From positions 113,646,001 to 113,710,000 of the forward strand of contig OX597818.1 in assembly GCA_951406725.2 (NCBI GenBank): a DNA stretch of 64,000 bases, read 5' to 3'. Below the pieces are notes generated by a model, which saw only the letters and a program-made list of their open reading frames with translations, was not told where the DNA came from and ran no database searches. The stretch is from Octopus vulgaris (taxonomy: Eukaryota). Below, one piece after another: positions 45,938-58,059 of this stretch. A program made the translations under genes and the position numbers. The stretch's first letter is position 1. Each line of letters opens with the position of its first letter.

Positions 45938-46720
45938 AGGGTCCAGTGAAAGGATTTTAACAAAGGGAACAGCATGTGTGTAAGTATGATCTTTGGTCTT
46001 TCAGCTCCTGTTTTGGTCAACTCCTGTTGTTACATTAGAGGCAGGTTCAATTCTAGATCGCTTCTCTTTTCTGGTTTTTTTTTAGCTGTCTGTAAGAATC
46101 ACAACAGCTGCAATGTTAAAGTGTTGTTGTTGTTTTTTTTGTAGGCACAAGCATGGTTGTATTGTCATGATGTTTAGCTTGCGATCATGTGGTTCCCGGC
46201 TCAATCCTAGCACACTCTGTAAAATAGTTTGTGTTAGGGCACATCCCTCCATAGAAACTATTATAAAAAGGGAACATGTGAACAAGACATGCCATCTGCC
46301 CCTAACCTGTTTAGGAGGCCAGTAACTCTGCATAAGAACTAACTCAGGATGTGATGGCCTGACCCACCCAGCAGAGAAAAGTTAATGTAAAATTGTAGAA
46401 ATATTTTTAAAATTCTATTTTTCTTACCATCATGTTTTGTTGAAAAATCCTACATGATTTGATAATTAATTTCTAATTCTTTATTGTTTTGTATGTGTGT
46501 TACTTGATAAGCCAGTGGTGGAAATCCCCTCCTCATTCTAGAAACAATCAAATCTCCTTGAAATTACACTCTCTTAAAAATGGAAATGACATTATGTAGT
46601 CTTAGATACATTGTGTGAATAAAATATATAATCCTTCAATTATAGACCATTGCTGGAATGTCAGGGTCTATGATTCAGGGCTGACCTGGGGCTAAACAAC
46701 AACAACAGCCAAATATTTAA

Positions 46721-46918
46721 CCCTTTAGCACTCATGTTACTCTGTCAGATGCAATGTTTATTTATTTTGAATTAATCATACATTGAGATTTTGATGATCG
46801 GATTCTTTACTTTTAGTATGACATTGAAGGGTAGGTGTGAAAAGCTGAATCTGTCCTGTTTGAACATGAAGCAAAAAGAATATGTGGACCTGATTTGGCT
46901 GGTTTAAATGCTAAAGAG
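46721..46918. mobile_element. piggyBac-like MITE family B copy
   Basis: TTAA-CCCTTTAGCA...TGCTAAAGAG-TTAA. Confidence 0.75.
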
Positions 46919-47034
46919 TTAATAAAGATTATGAGACTGATAAGCTGCTTGGTATATGAACCTTCAAAGGGGCCTCTGTCTGTATGGCTGCTACTTGCCA
47001 TCTGTGCATTGGTAACCTTCTCCTGTTTATCCAA

Positions 47035-48062
47035 GTCAGTAGTGGGAGTGGATGCTCTCTGAGAGTCTAGCTGCTAGAATATGAATAGCCTGGGCAAAGT
47101 TCAGAGAGCTCCCACCGCTGCTGGTGACAAAGAGCCTCTTGCTTAGAGTAAAAGGTAGACTGTGTGATGCATATGTATGAACAGCCGTGCTACATGGCAA
47201 TGAAACATGGACCATGACTGCTGAGGACATGCGTAAGCTTGCAAGGAATGAAGCTAGTATGCACCACTGGGTGTTTAATGTCAGTGTGCATCCATGACAG
47301 AGTGTAAGCACCCTGAGAGAAAAGTTGGACATAAGAGGCATCAGGTGTGGTGTGCAAGAGAGACGAATGTGCTGGTATGGTCATGTGTTGCATATGGATG
47401 AGAACAGCTGTGTGAAAAAGTGTCACACCCTAGCAGTAGAGGGAAATATAGAAGAGGTAGATCCAGGAAGACTTGGGATGAGGTGGTGAAGCACAACCTT
47501 CGGATGTTGGGCCTCAGGGAGGCAATGACAAGTGACCGAGACCTTTGGAGACATGCTGTGCTTGAGAAGACCCGGCAAGCCAAGTGAGACCGTAACCATG
47601 GCCTATGCCAGTGTAGCATAACCAGCCCGTTTAAGAGTACCCTTCAATCATTGGGCAATAAACTGCACTTGCGAAGACCTGTTGAGGCAAGTGAAATTGT
47701 TGTTGTGGCCAATGACAGTACTCCCTGATTGGCACCCATGCTGGTGGGCACATAAAAAGCACCATCTGAGCATGGTTGATGCCAGTGCTGCCTGACTGGT
47801 CCTGTGCCAGTGGCACATAAAAAGCACCATTGAAACGTGGTTGATGCCAGTACTGCGTGACTGGCCTTCATGCCGATGGCACATAAAGAGCACCCACTAC
47901 ACTCTCCAAGTGGTTGGCGTTAGGAAGGGCATCCTGCTGTAAAAACACTTCCAGATCGGATTGAAGCCTGGTGCAGCCTTCTGGCTTGCCAGCCCTCAGT
48001 CAAACTGTCCAACCCATTCCGGCATGGAAAGCAGACGTTAAATGATGATGATAATGATGATT
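47035..48062 (+). mobile_element. 5'-truncated RTE-clade LINE (RT C-terminus plus full 3' UTR)
   Basis: Degenerate AWAKFREL...RVKGRL...ETW...REKL...WYGHV...RGR.RKTW, continuing into the 66-bp-repeat UTR and (GAT)n tail. Confidence 0.85.
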
Positions 48063-49214
48063 GTCCAACCCATGCCAGCATGGAAAGCAGACATTAAACG
48101 ATAATGATGATGATGTAGCAAGTAGCTTTTGTGAACCACTGCATCCAAATAAGTCTTGTGCTTTTTTTGTTAATTCACCAGTTTAATGTCTGTTTCCACA
48201 CTGGCTTGAGTTGGACAGTTTGACAGGGAGATGGCCAGCCACAGTGCTGGACCAGGCTCCAGCTGTTTGCTTTGTCATGGTTTCTATGGCTGGATGCCCT
48301 TCCTCTATGCCATCCACTTTATGGAGTGTTTTGGGTGCTTTTTATGTAGATCTGGCATGTGACTTCTAAATCCATATTGTGTTATCTATTCCTCTTTCCC
48401 TTTGCAACATCTAAGGGCAGCGTGATGCAGTCTGAAGATGTATCTATTAATTAAAATGCCTCCCGTCACTATTAAATATCTTGCAATATATCAGATTAGA
48501 TTAGTCCTTAAGGCAATTAGTCCTGGCAAAACTGTTGGCACATTGGACAGAATGCTCGACAGCATTTTGTTTGTCTTTACGTTCTGAGTTCAAATGCAAC
48601 CTAGGTCAACTCTTGCCTTTTATCCTTTCAGGGTCAATGAAATTAGCACCAGTTATGCACTGGGGTCAATGTAATTGACTTGTCCCCTTCCCCGAAACTA
48701 CTGGCCTTGTGCCAAAATTTGACACCATTATATTAGATTAGCCATTAAGGCAATGGAGAACTGTTAGCTTGTTAGAGAAAAGGCTTCACAGCATTTTGTC
48801 TGTCTTTATGTTCTAAGTTCAAATACCACCATGGTTGACTTTGCTTTTCATCCTTTTGGGGTTGAAATAAGTGTCAGAGCGCTGGGGGTGATGTAATCGA
48901 CTAACCCCCTCCCTCAAAATTTCAGGCCTCATGCCTATGATTAAAAAGTATTAGCCTTGATTCTCATGTAATTATTAAAATTTTTGTTATAAAAACCTAG
49001 TAGTAGTAGTAGTAGTAGTACTAGTAGTCTGGTCTTCCCATTGTTAATTATAAATAACCCCCATAGTAAAAACCTCCAACTTGCTATTACTTGAGGTCTC
49101 AGGGTAAGACTAGGAACAGCTTGTGAAAAACAAAGCAACAACAAATTATTATTTTTATTATTATTATTAGTAGTAGTAGTAAATTATAGTAGAACATTAC
49201 TAATATCATATTAA

Positions 49215-49420
49215 CCCTTTTGATACCAACCTGGCTGAAACCGCCTCTGGCTCTGTACTACAAATGTACTACAAACCTCTGTACTACAAACCTTAGTCAC
49301 AATTTATGTTCCTAACACCAGCTTAATGATAAATAAGTTATTTTACTAAATTCTTTGTTATATTTAAAATTAATTGAAAGAAACACACAACATCTCAAAA
49401 TAAATACAGTAACAAAAGGG
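49215..49420. mobile_element. piggyBac-like MITE family A copy
   Basis: TTAA-CCCTTTTGATACC...CAAAAGGG-TTAA. Confidence 0.8.
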
Positions 49421-50738
49421 TTAAAAGCTAAGTTCATTTTCCTTGAGATTTCTCATAGAGAAAAATAGTCTGTGGTGGTGGTCAGTACCTGCCATGATCT
49501 CTTTTATTTCTTATTCACTTCTCTCACACTTTTTGTTTCTCTTTCTATATGTTTTCCTATTTTCATTTCCTTTAATGTGATTGACAATTTTATTTTTTTG
49601 CAAAATGTTTTTCAGGAAGGGTCCAGTGTTCAATTCACATCAGATGTCTACACAGTGCTTCATGTATCATCATGCCAATGTCAGCAAATTGAAGAATATT
49701 CCAGTTATATATGCTATATTATCCTGGAATTATTGTTAGCAGTAGTATTAAGGTGTCAAGCTGGCAAAATCATTGGAGCATTGGGAAAAAAATGCCTTGT
49801 AGCATTCATTCTGACTTTTCTGGTATCAATTAGCCCCTTCCCTCAAATTTTCTGCCCTTGTGCCAAAATTTGAAACCGTTATTATTATTATTAACATTAT
49901 GCTGTGATGATCTGTTTGAAAGTGCGAAATGACCTGAAAGAAATTTGGAATAAAAGATTGTAAATAAAGCAACTTGTGTCTGTTTATTTAATTTTATTTA
50001 TTTAATGAAAAAATGAAAAAGCCATAGAAACCCAGTGTGATGGTGTGGTTGATCTATCTTCAGTTTCTAACTCTTTTTCACTTCACATAATATATTCAGA
50101 GGTGCATATGCATGCATGTGCATATACACATGCATTTTTGTATATGTTTCTATATAGATAAAACTGTGAATGTGTGCCACACTCAAATGACTGAAACAAG
50201 TAGCAGAGTAAAAGAGTAATATATATATATATATATTTTGTATGTATATATATATATATATTTCACTATCAACAACTACGTAATTTTAGTTTGGTATTTT
50301 AGCATGCCAAAGCGAGGACTTTTGAAAAATAACCTCAAGTATAATAGGTAGAACTATATACATGTCCAACCTCATGTGGACGTCTTGTGTATAGTTCTGC
50401 AAAGTATATCTGTAATGACGATCATACTGAAGATCTACGGACAAATTGCGTAAGTTAAATTATGTAGCTGTTGATAGTGAAACATGTTTATGGTTAATCT
50501 ATATTTTTGTTACTTTTCATTTGTCTTGCTTGCTTACGTTCTGGTGTTTGCTATATTTTCTTGAGAAAATTTCTTAGTGGTAAGACCATAGCGGATCTAC
50601 TTCTAGCATAAGGGTTGTCCACATCCCTCATATGTATGTAATACAATTTTCTGAACTTTCAGATTTTAAAATGCTAGACCACTTGTTTTAAATTGGTGTT
50701 AATCAAATTAATATCCAATTTTTCCCTCATTTTAAATT

Positions 50739-50794
<56 letters not shown>

Positions 50795-50837
50795 TGTATG
50801 TATATACATATTTATACATGTATATACATATTTATAC

Positions 50838-50869
<32 letters not shown>

Positions 50870-51163
50870 GGATATGTGTGTGTGTGTGTGTATCTTCGCC
50901 ATGATTGATCGGTAGCTACTAAACCTTTTTTGTTTTCTCTCCCTGCTTATTTCTGTGTTCCTTTTTGTTGAAGAGCATAGACTCGAAATGTAAAAGACTT
51001 TCTCACTTCCCGAGCCTTAAATTTCATACATCTGTTTCTTGTTTACACACCTGTATTTGTCTTTTGTTTTATTTTTTTGGGGGTTTTTTTTCTTTTGTAA
51101 ATTTCAGCTATGGATATATATACATGTGCGTATATATATATATAGTGATGGTTTGTTGCCAAT

Positions 51164-51485
51164 TTAATGTGGCAATCCCAGGAAAGGGAAGAATGCTATT
51201 GCTATTTAGCCCCAGGAAACACCGTTTCCAGTTGGCTATGTGATACAAGCGTTCTGTGTCCTTAAGTTTTCAAACAGGGAAGATAAGCACCTCCACCCAG
51301 CAAAGCCAGCATCCAGAGACTTGTTTTTGAGTCATTGCTCTTCATCATCTGGAGTAGCTTATCTCCTTCGCCTGTTTGAAAACTTGAGGACACAGAACGC
51401 TTGTGTCACATAGCCAACTGGAAACGGTGTTTCCTGGGGCTAAATATCAGTAGCATTTTCCCCTTTCCTGGGACTGCTACATTAA
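51164..51485. repeat. Inverted repeat (arms about 135 bp) with a hammerhead-like spacer
   Basis: TTAATGTGGCAATCCCAGG...CTCCA / TGGAG...CCTGGGACTGCTACATTAA. Confidence 0.85.
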
Positions 51486-51791
51486 GTCTACTCAGCTGGC
51501 AAAAATGAGTAGTACCTGTATTTCAAAGGGCCAGTCTTCTCACGCTGAATCTCCTTGAGAAATATGTGAAGGAGTACTGTATCTGTGGAGTGCTCAGCCA
51601 CTTGCACGTTAATCTCACGAGCAAGCTGTTCCGTTGATTGGACCAGCTGGAACTCTCGTCGTCGTAAGTGATGGAGTGTCAGTATACACACACACACAAA
51701 TATATAATAACAATAATAGGGAGTATAACTCCAAACTTATAGGGAAAAATTCAATTTAGTATTAAATCAAATTTCACAATATAAATATATA

Positions 51792-52545
51792 AAATATAAA
51801 TTAGAGATAAAACCACTATTATGCAACTCAAACAGTGATAGACATAAACCAAAACATAAATAACAAATAAAATATATAATTTTATAAAACATAACTAGAT
51901 CTCAAAAAGTATAAAAATGAATGATCAATATATAAGTAAAAAACTATGTACGTTTCATGGCTACAATTAAATTAGAATTACAATTATATTTAAATTCAAT
52001 TTAAAATTATAGTCAATCTTCAAGTTAACGATAATAGTTAAATAAATAATCAAATAGAGTTAAACAATATTTATTTAAAAAATAAATAAGATAATAATTT
52101 TTCTTATAGAAAAAACTCCATTAACTAAATTTGAAACTTAAAACATTAGGATTATTTCCTACAACACATTTATTATGTTAAATATTTAATATTTTTTTTT
52201 ACCTTAAATTCAACATAATAAATGTGTTGTAGGAAATAATATAGTTAATGGAGTTTTTTCTATAAGAAAATTATTTTATTTATTTTCAAAATAAATATTG
52301 TTTAACTCTATTTGCTTATTTATTTAACTATTATCATTAACCTGAAGATTGACTATAATTTTAAATTGAATTAAAATTTAAACGTACGTAGTTTTTTTTT
52401 TACTTACATATTGCTCATTCATTTTTATACTTTTTGAGATCTAGTTATATGTTTTATAAAATTATATATTTTATTTGTTATTTATGTTTTGGTTTATGTC
52501 TACCACTGAGTTGCATAATAGTGGTTTTATCTCTAATTTATATTT
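51792..52545. repeat. AT-rich long inverted repeat (arms about 385 and 335 bp), Penelope-type
   Basis: 51792-52178 is the reverse complement of 52212-52545 with indels; each arm carries a hammerhead-like core. Confidence 0.85.
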
Positions 52546-52689
52546 GATACATATATATATATACATACATACATATATATATATGTATATATATATATAA
52601 ACGTATATGTATGTATGTATATACATATGTGTGTGAATGTATGCATGTATGTATGTAAGGCTTTTGAAGGGTCAGACAGGTGAGATTCA

Positions 52690-53015
52690 TGTAATTGGTA
52701 CAAAACCTGGAGATCTGATCTGCAATATAAAAACATGAACATTGAGGAAATGGTTTGAACTCTGCTAAGAGCACCGAGAAGAGTTTTAATATGAAACTGT
52801 GTTGTATCTTGACATAAATATGTGGTTAGGTGACTTGATTTGGGAGAGCCTGGAGGAAAATCTTTGTGGTATTCGTCCACGTCTTGATATCGTGATTTCA
52901 AATCTCACGGAGGTAACTTTGTCTTATTACCTTTCTGGCGTCGTTCAAATGAGAATCGAAATCGATGTCGAATCTTATCGAAAAAGCTGTGTACCAGTAA
53001 TAACGACAGTCTGGA
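52690..53015 (-). mobile_element. Possible degenerate Tc1-like (HTH/DUF4817-type) transposase remnant
   Basis: Frame-shifted pieces QTVVITGTQ / AFSIRFDI / PPGSPKS / LQVLYQLHE resemble the order SV..TQRAFR.RF...PGRPRS...YKIQV..L. Recognised by eye only. Confidence 0.35.
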
Positions 53016-53175
53016 GAATGACGTGAGTAAAATAAAAACAATAAAAAAATATAAACAATAGGCGCAGGAGTGGCTGTGTGGTAAGTAGCTTGCTTACCAA
53101 CCACATAGTTCCGGGTTCAGTTCCACTGCGTGGCACCTTGGGCAAATGTCTTCTACTATAGCTTGTGAGTGGATT

Positions 53176-53216
<41 letters not shown>

Positions 53217-53469
53217 TTTATGTATGTATGTATATGTATGCATGCATGTATGTATGTGTGTGTGTGTGTGTTTGTCTCACCCGACATCGCTTGATAACCG
53301 GTGTGTTTACGTCCCCCATACCATAGCGGTTCGGTAAATGGGTCCGATAGATTAAGTACTAGGCTTACAAAAAATAGGTCCTGGGGTCGATTTGCACGAC
53401 TAAAGGTGGTGCTCCAGCATGGCCGCAGTCAAATGACTGAAACAAGTAAAAGAATAAAAGAATGATATA

Positions 53470-53690
53470 CGAGGTGGGTGCTGGAAAAGTCCTGCCTTTA
53501 AGAGTGTCACGAAATGCCTGGTTAGAGGTTCAAACCTTCCGTGTTCTTTTACAGGGCTTAGAAAAACTGAAGGACCACTGCAATAAGTGTGTGAATCTGA
53601 GGGGGGTGGCTATGTTAGATAAAATCATAATTAAGTGATCATCCTGTGTTTTCTTTTGCACAAAACCAGGACCTTTTCATCATCCCGTCG
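53470..53690 (+). mobile_element. Mariner-derived MITE
   Basis: TA-flanked CGAGG.../...CGTCG imperfect TIRs; internal GLEKLKDHCNKCVNLRG resembles the mariner transposase C-terminus. Confidence 0.7.
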
Positions 53691-53969
53691 TATATGTACA
53701 GTATGTTTATTTATATTATACATAGGCGCAGCCGTGGCTGTGTGGTAAGAAGCTTGCTTCCCAATCAAATGGTTCCCCACCACCACCACCACCATCGCCT
53801 GACAACCGATGTTGGTGTGTTACGTCCCCATTACTTTGCGGTTCGGCAAAAGTGACCGATAGCATAAGTACTAGGCTTACAATGAATAAGTCCTGGGGTC
53901 GATTTGTTCGACTAAAGGTGGTGCTCCAGCATGGCCGCAGTCAAATAACTGAAACAAATAAAAGAATAT

Positions 53970-54485
53970 GTATATATATACATACAAACACACACAGACA
54001 CAAACATACATACATACATACACACACACACATACATACATACATACATACATGCACGCATGCATACATACATACATACATACATACATACATACATACC
54101 TGCATGCATACATACATACATACATACATACATACATGCATGCATGCATGCATACATACATACATACATACACACACACACATATACATACATGCATGCA
54201 TGCATGCATACATACATACATGTATACATACATACATGCAAACATAGATACATACATACATACATACATAGTACATACATACATACATACATACATGCAT
54301 ACATACATGCATACATACATACATACATACATACATACATACATACATACATAGTACATACATACATGCATGCATGCATGCATGCATGCATGCATACATA
54401 CATACATACATACATACATACATACATACATACATACGTACGTACGTACGTACGTACGTACGTACGTAGGTAGGTAGGTAGGTAC
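53970..54485. repeat. Compound tetranucleotide microsatellite (TACA)n/(TGCA)n/(TACG)n/(TAGG)n
   Basis: Direct reading; explains the MYVC/HTYI ORFs. Confidence 0.97.
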
Positions 54486-56500
54486 GTTTGTGTGTGTGTA
54501 AACTGTTCCCATGTAATTTAATCTTTCAGTAAGTATCCTTTAAGATTTTATTTATTTAATGCAAGAAATAAAGCTCCGTGTATGTCTAAGTCCCCTTTTG
54601 TGCTTGGTACATTTAACGAAAGTCGATTCCCGTGCTGAAAGGTGTGAAAACGTTTCTGTATTCACTCGTTTTTACTTCTTTATCCTTTCAGACACATTCA
54701 ATGTTTTGATTCCTTTCAAATCCTCGTCCTCACACTTTGTCAAGCTCAGCCAACGATGATGAGTTAACTTAGTCCACTCCTTTTACCAGTTCTTTTCACC
54801 AGTAAACAACAGTGCCACCTTTTAGACAGTTAAAAGCAGTTGACGTTTTTTCTTCTTTCATTCAGGCTTTCTTTCTTTCCTTCCTTCCCCCGTTTTCTTC
54901 ACCTTTAATATCAATTGTTCCCGTTGTCGTTTCTCCCAGTTCAATCTTGATCTCGTAGACTCAGGATCAAAGGCGTTTCAAATATATTCACAACTACGTT
55001 GTCTAATGTGACGTTTTTTCGTTTTGTTTTGTTTTGGTATTTTTGGAAAAGGGTATTCTTTTATTTGTTTCGTTCATTTGACTGCGGCCATGCTGGAGCA
55101 CCGCCTTTAGTCGAGCAAATCGACCCCAGGACTTATTCTTTGTAAGCCTACTACTTATTCTATCGGGACAAACACACACTCACATACACATATACGATGG
55201 GCTTCTTTCAATTTCTGTCTACCAAATCGACTGACAAGGCTTTGGTCAGCCCGAAGCAATAGTAGAAGATAATTGCTCAAGGTGCCACGCAGTAGGATTG
55301 AACCCGGAACCACATGGTTGGGAAGCAAGCTACTTACCACGCAGCCACTCCTGCGTCTATTGTATTGTATGATTTGAAGGGTATTTTATTGGGGAGTTGA
55401 GTCGTCATGTAAAGCATTCATGGGCAAACTGCGGCCCACGGGACTTTCTTAACAGCACACCTAACAGAAAATTCCCTTGAAACTTTTTTAGTAGTGCGGC
55501 TTGCCTGATTGTAAGTTATGACACATGTGACCCGCTTCTAAAAAACGGTGGCCCATGCCTGAAAATAAAATTTGTTCAATTAAAATAATTTTCTAACATA
55601 GGATCGTCACCGCATGTGTTTTGGGCGTTGATTAAATTGAATGGGTCATTGTTAAAGCCCTTAAGGATCAGTGGTATTGTTGGGGTGTATAGTTGAGGAA
55701 GGCTGGTCTGTGGGGGTGACTGGTTCAGTTAATAAATGAAAATATGTTTCATGGGTTGTGTGAAGAAGTAACTGAACAACATCCGCGAACATTTAACTGT
55801 TGATTTCATTATCGCACACAAAGACAAACTGCGTTGGCCTTTTACAAATAACAACAACAATAATTATATTCTGGGGGAGGGGGATACTACCTGGAATTTA
55901 TGGCAACCTTTTGATGCAACATGTGGCTGCCCCAACATAACTGGAAACAATTGTGCTATATTGGTGGTGATTATTGCCATCAATCTACGCCATCTGTCTT
56001 AGCCGCCTTCTTGGGTTGTCTGGCCGGATAAAATTGTGCGCACAGCGGTTTTTATAGGGGACCGGCAGTTAAATTGTAGAATGTTCGAGAAAACCCGTCC
56101 ACGCCATCCCTACACGTTGATTGGTCGGTCAACAGACCGATCACATGAAATTATGGTGGTTTGCTTGTGATGTCTGACCGCATATTTACGAATTCGGTTT
56201 CGAATCCCCACTACAGTATAATCGTCTCTTGCTGGATTTGAAACTTGGAATGTAAAGGAACGTAACACAATGCCAGAAATGAAAAAGAAACATGAACCAT
56301 GGCTGTGTTAAACACATAGGTCTGCAAGGAGAAAAATTGCATGTAAATAAGTAGATGCTCTTTAGTTCGTTTTAATTTTCGGGGCTAAGGCCATTCTGGA
56401 GCAATGAATATAATACATGAACAAGCAGGCGCTAAAACGAACTCATCCTTTTCTTTTTTCTTCTATTCCGTCTGAATCTCCGTGTGTTTATAGATGCAGT

Positions 56501-56595
56501 TTCTTCTTCTTCTTCTTCTTCTTCTTCTTCTTCTTCTTCTTCTTCTTCTTCTTCTTCTTCTTCTTCTTCTTCTTCTTCTTCTTCTTCTTCTTCTT
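56501..56595. repeat. (TTC)n trinucleotide repeat, about 31 units
   Basis: Direct reading. Confidence 0.97.
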
Positions 56596-57083
56596 TCTTT
56601 TCTTCGAATATATCTATGTGCTAAATTAGCGATATTTACACAATCTCCTGTGTATTTTGTATGACATTAGTAAAATTTATGAAGTTAAGGGTTAAACACG
56701 TTTGAAAAATGCAAGGAGGTAGTCAGTCGGTAGTTTGTGGTGTCGGTAGCGGACGTGAGTGTGAAGAAAGCAAGCTTTCCGTTATGAACTTCCTATAAAG
56801 GCATATGGAATTTAATTGCTGTTGTTTAGTATCAGATCTGTTCTAATTGAAGGAATCTGCTATCAGAGGCATCCCCAACCATTTCATACATTTTGTACAT
56901 GTCGGTCTACGAATTAAGTATTTCTCTAAGGCGGGAGGAGTGGCTGTGTGGTAATAAGTTTGTTTCACTACCACATGGGTCCGGGGTCTGTCCCACTGCG
57001 AGGCACCTTGGTCAAGTATCTTCTGCCGTAGCCTTGGGCCGACTAAAGCCTTGTAAGTGGGTTTGGTTGACAGAAACCGAGAG

Positions 57084-57312
57084 AGGCGGAGAGCTGGCAG
57101 AAACGTTCGCACGTCGGGCGAAATGCTTAGCGGTGTTTCGTCTGCCGCTACGTTCTGAGTTCAATTTCCGCCGAGGTCGACTTTGCCTTTCATCCTTTCG
57201 GGGTCGATTAAATAAATACCAGTTACGCACTGGGGTCGATATAATCGACTTAATCCGTTTGTCTGTCCTTGTTTGTCTCCTCTGTGTAGCCCCTTGTGGG
57301 TAGTAAAGAAAT
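57084..57312 (+). mobile_element. tRNA-derived SINE with Meta/MESC-type core, representative
   Basis: Core GCCTTTCATCCTTTCGGGGTCGAT...TACCAG; near-identical copies at 39426-39660(+) and 19040-19262(-). Confidence 0.8.
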
Positions 57313-57327
57313 AAGAAACTGAGAGAG

Positions 57328-57380
<53 letters not shown>

Positions 57381-57391
57381 TATATATATAT

Positions 57392-57453
<62 letters not shown>

Positions 57454-57977
57454 AATATATGCATATATATATACATATATGTACATACCTACATATATAT
57501 GTATATATTCATGCATGTATGGGTACAGGACATCAAAAAAAAAACGTTGAACACAATGAGAAACGAAAACGTAAAAACAAAAACATAGAAACGAACTTTT
57601 TTTCAAACAACGAAAAAACCCCTGAGAAACGAGACATACAACATAAAGAATATTCCCCTTCTTCAGTTGTCCCTGTTTCATCTATTCCGCGTTGCGAAGG
57701 TAAGGACACGACGCGACTTCTTTGAAACAATCCTTCCCGCAAAGCAAATTAAATAAAATTTGGGTGTTTTTTGCGGAGAGTGAAAGTGGTAACAAGAACA
57801 GGATAGTATGAACAAAACAGTGAAAACGATAAAAAAGTAAAAACAGTAAAAGACGGAACAATGAAAAGAAATAGACAGAGAAGAGATAGTAAAGAAGAAG
57901 AGTGCGCATCATAATTATTCAGATAAAACTTACTTGGAAAAGGATGCATGGCGTTCGATCATATAATATATAATATA

Positions 57978-58059
<82 letters not shown>

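Noticed and set aside
52898-53010. Exon-like minus-strand segment DCRYYWYTAFSIRFDIDF...
   Set aside because: No partner exons found; flanking frames look more like a degenerate Tc1-type transposase.
53852-54512. Long ORFs of MYVC/HTYI repeats (also 41401-41656, 57012-57681, 59558-60487)
   Set aside because: Translations of stop-free (TACA)n/(TA)n microsatellites, not genes.
57520-57960. Repeat with CTGAAGA and GAAAC strings on the minus strand
   Set aside because: Probably Penelope-related, but the boxes could not be arranged into a consistent hammerhead with paired stems.
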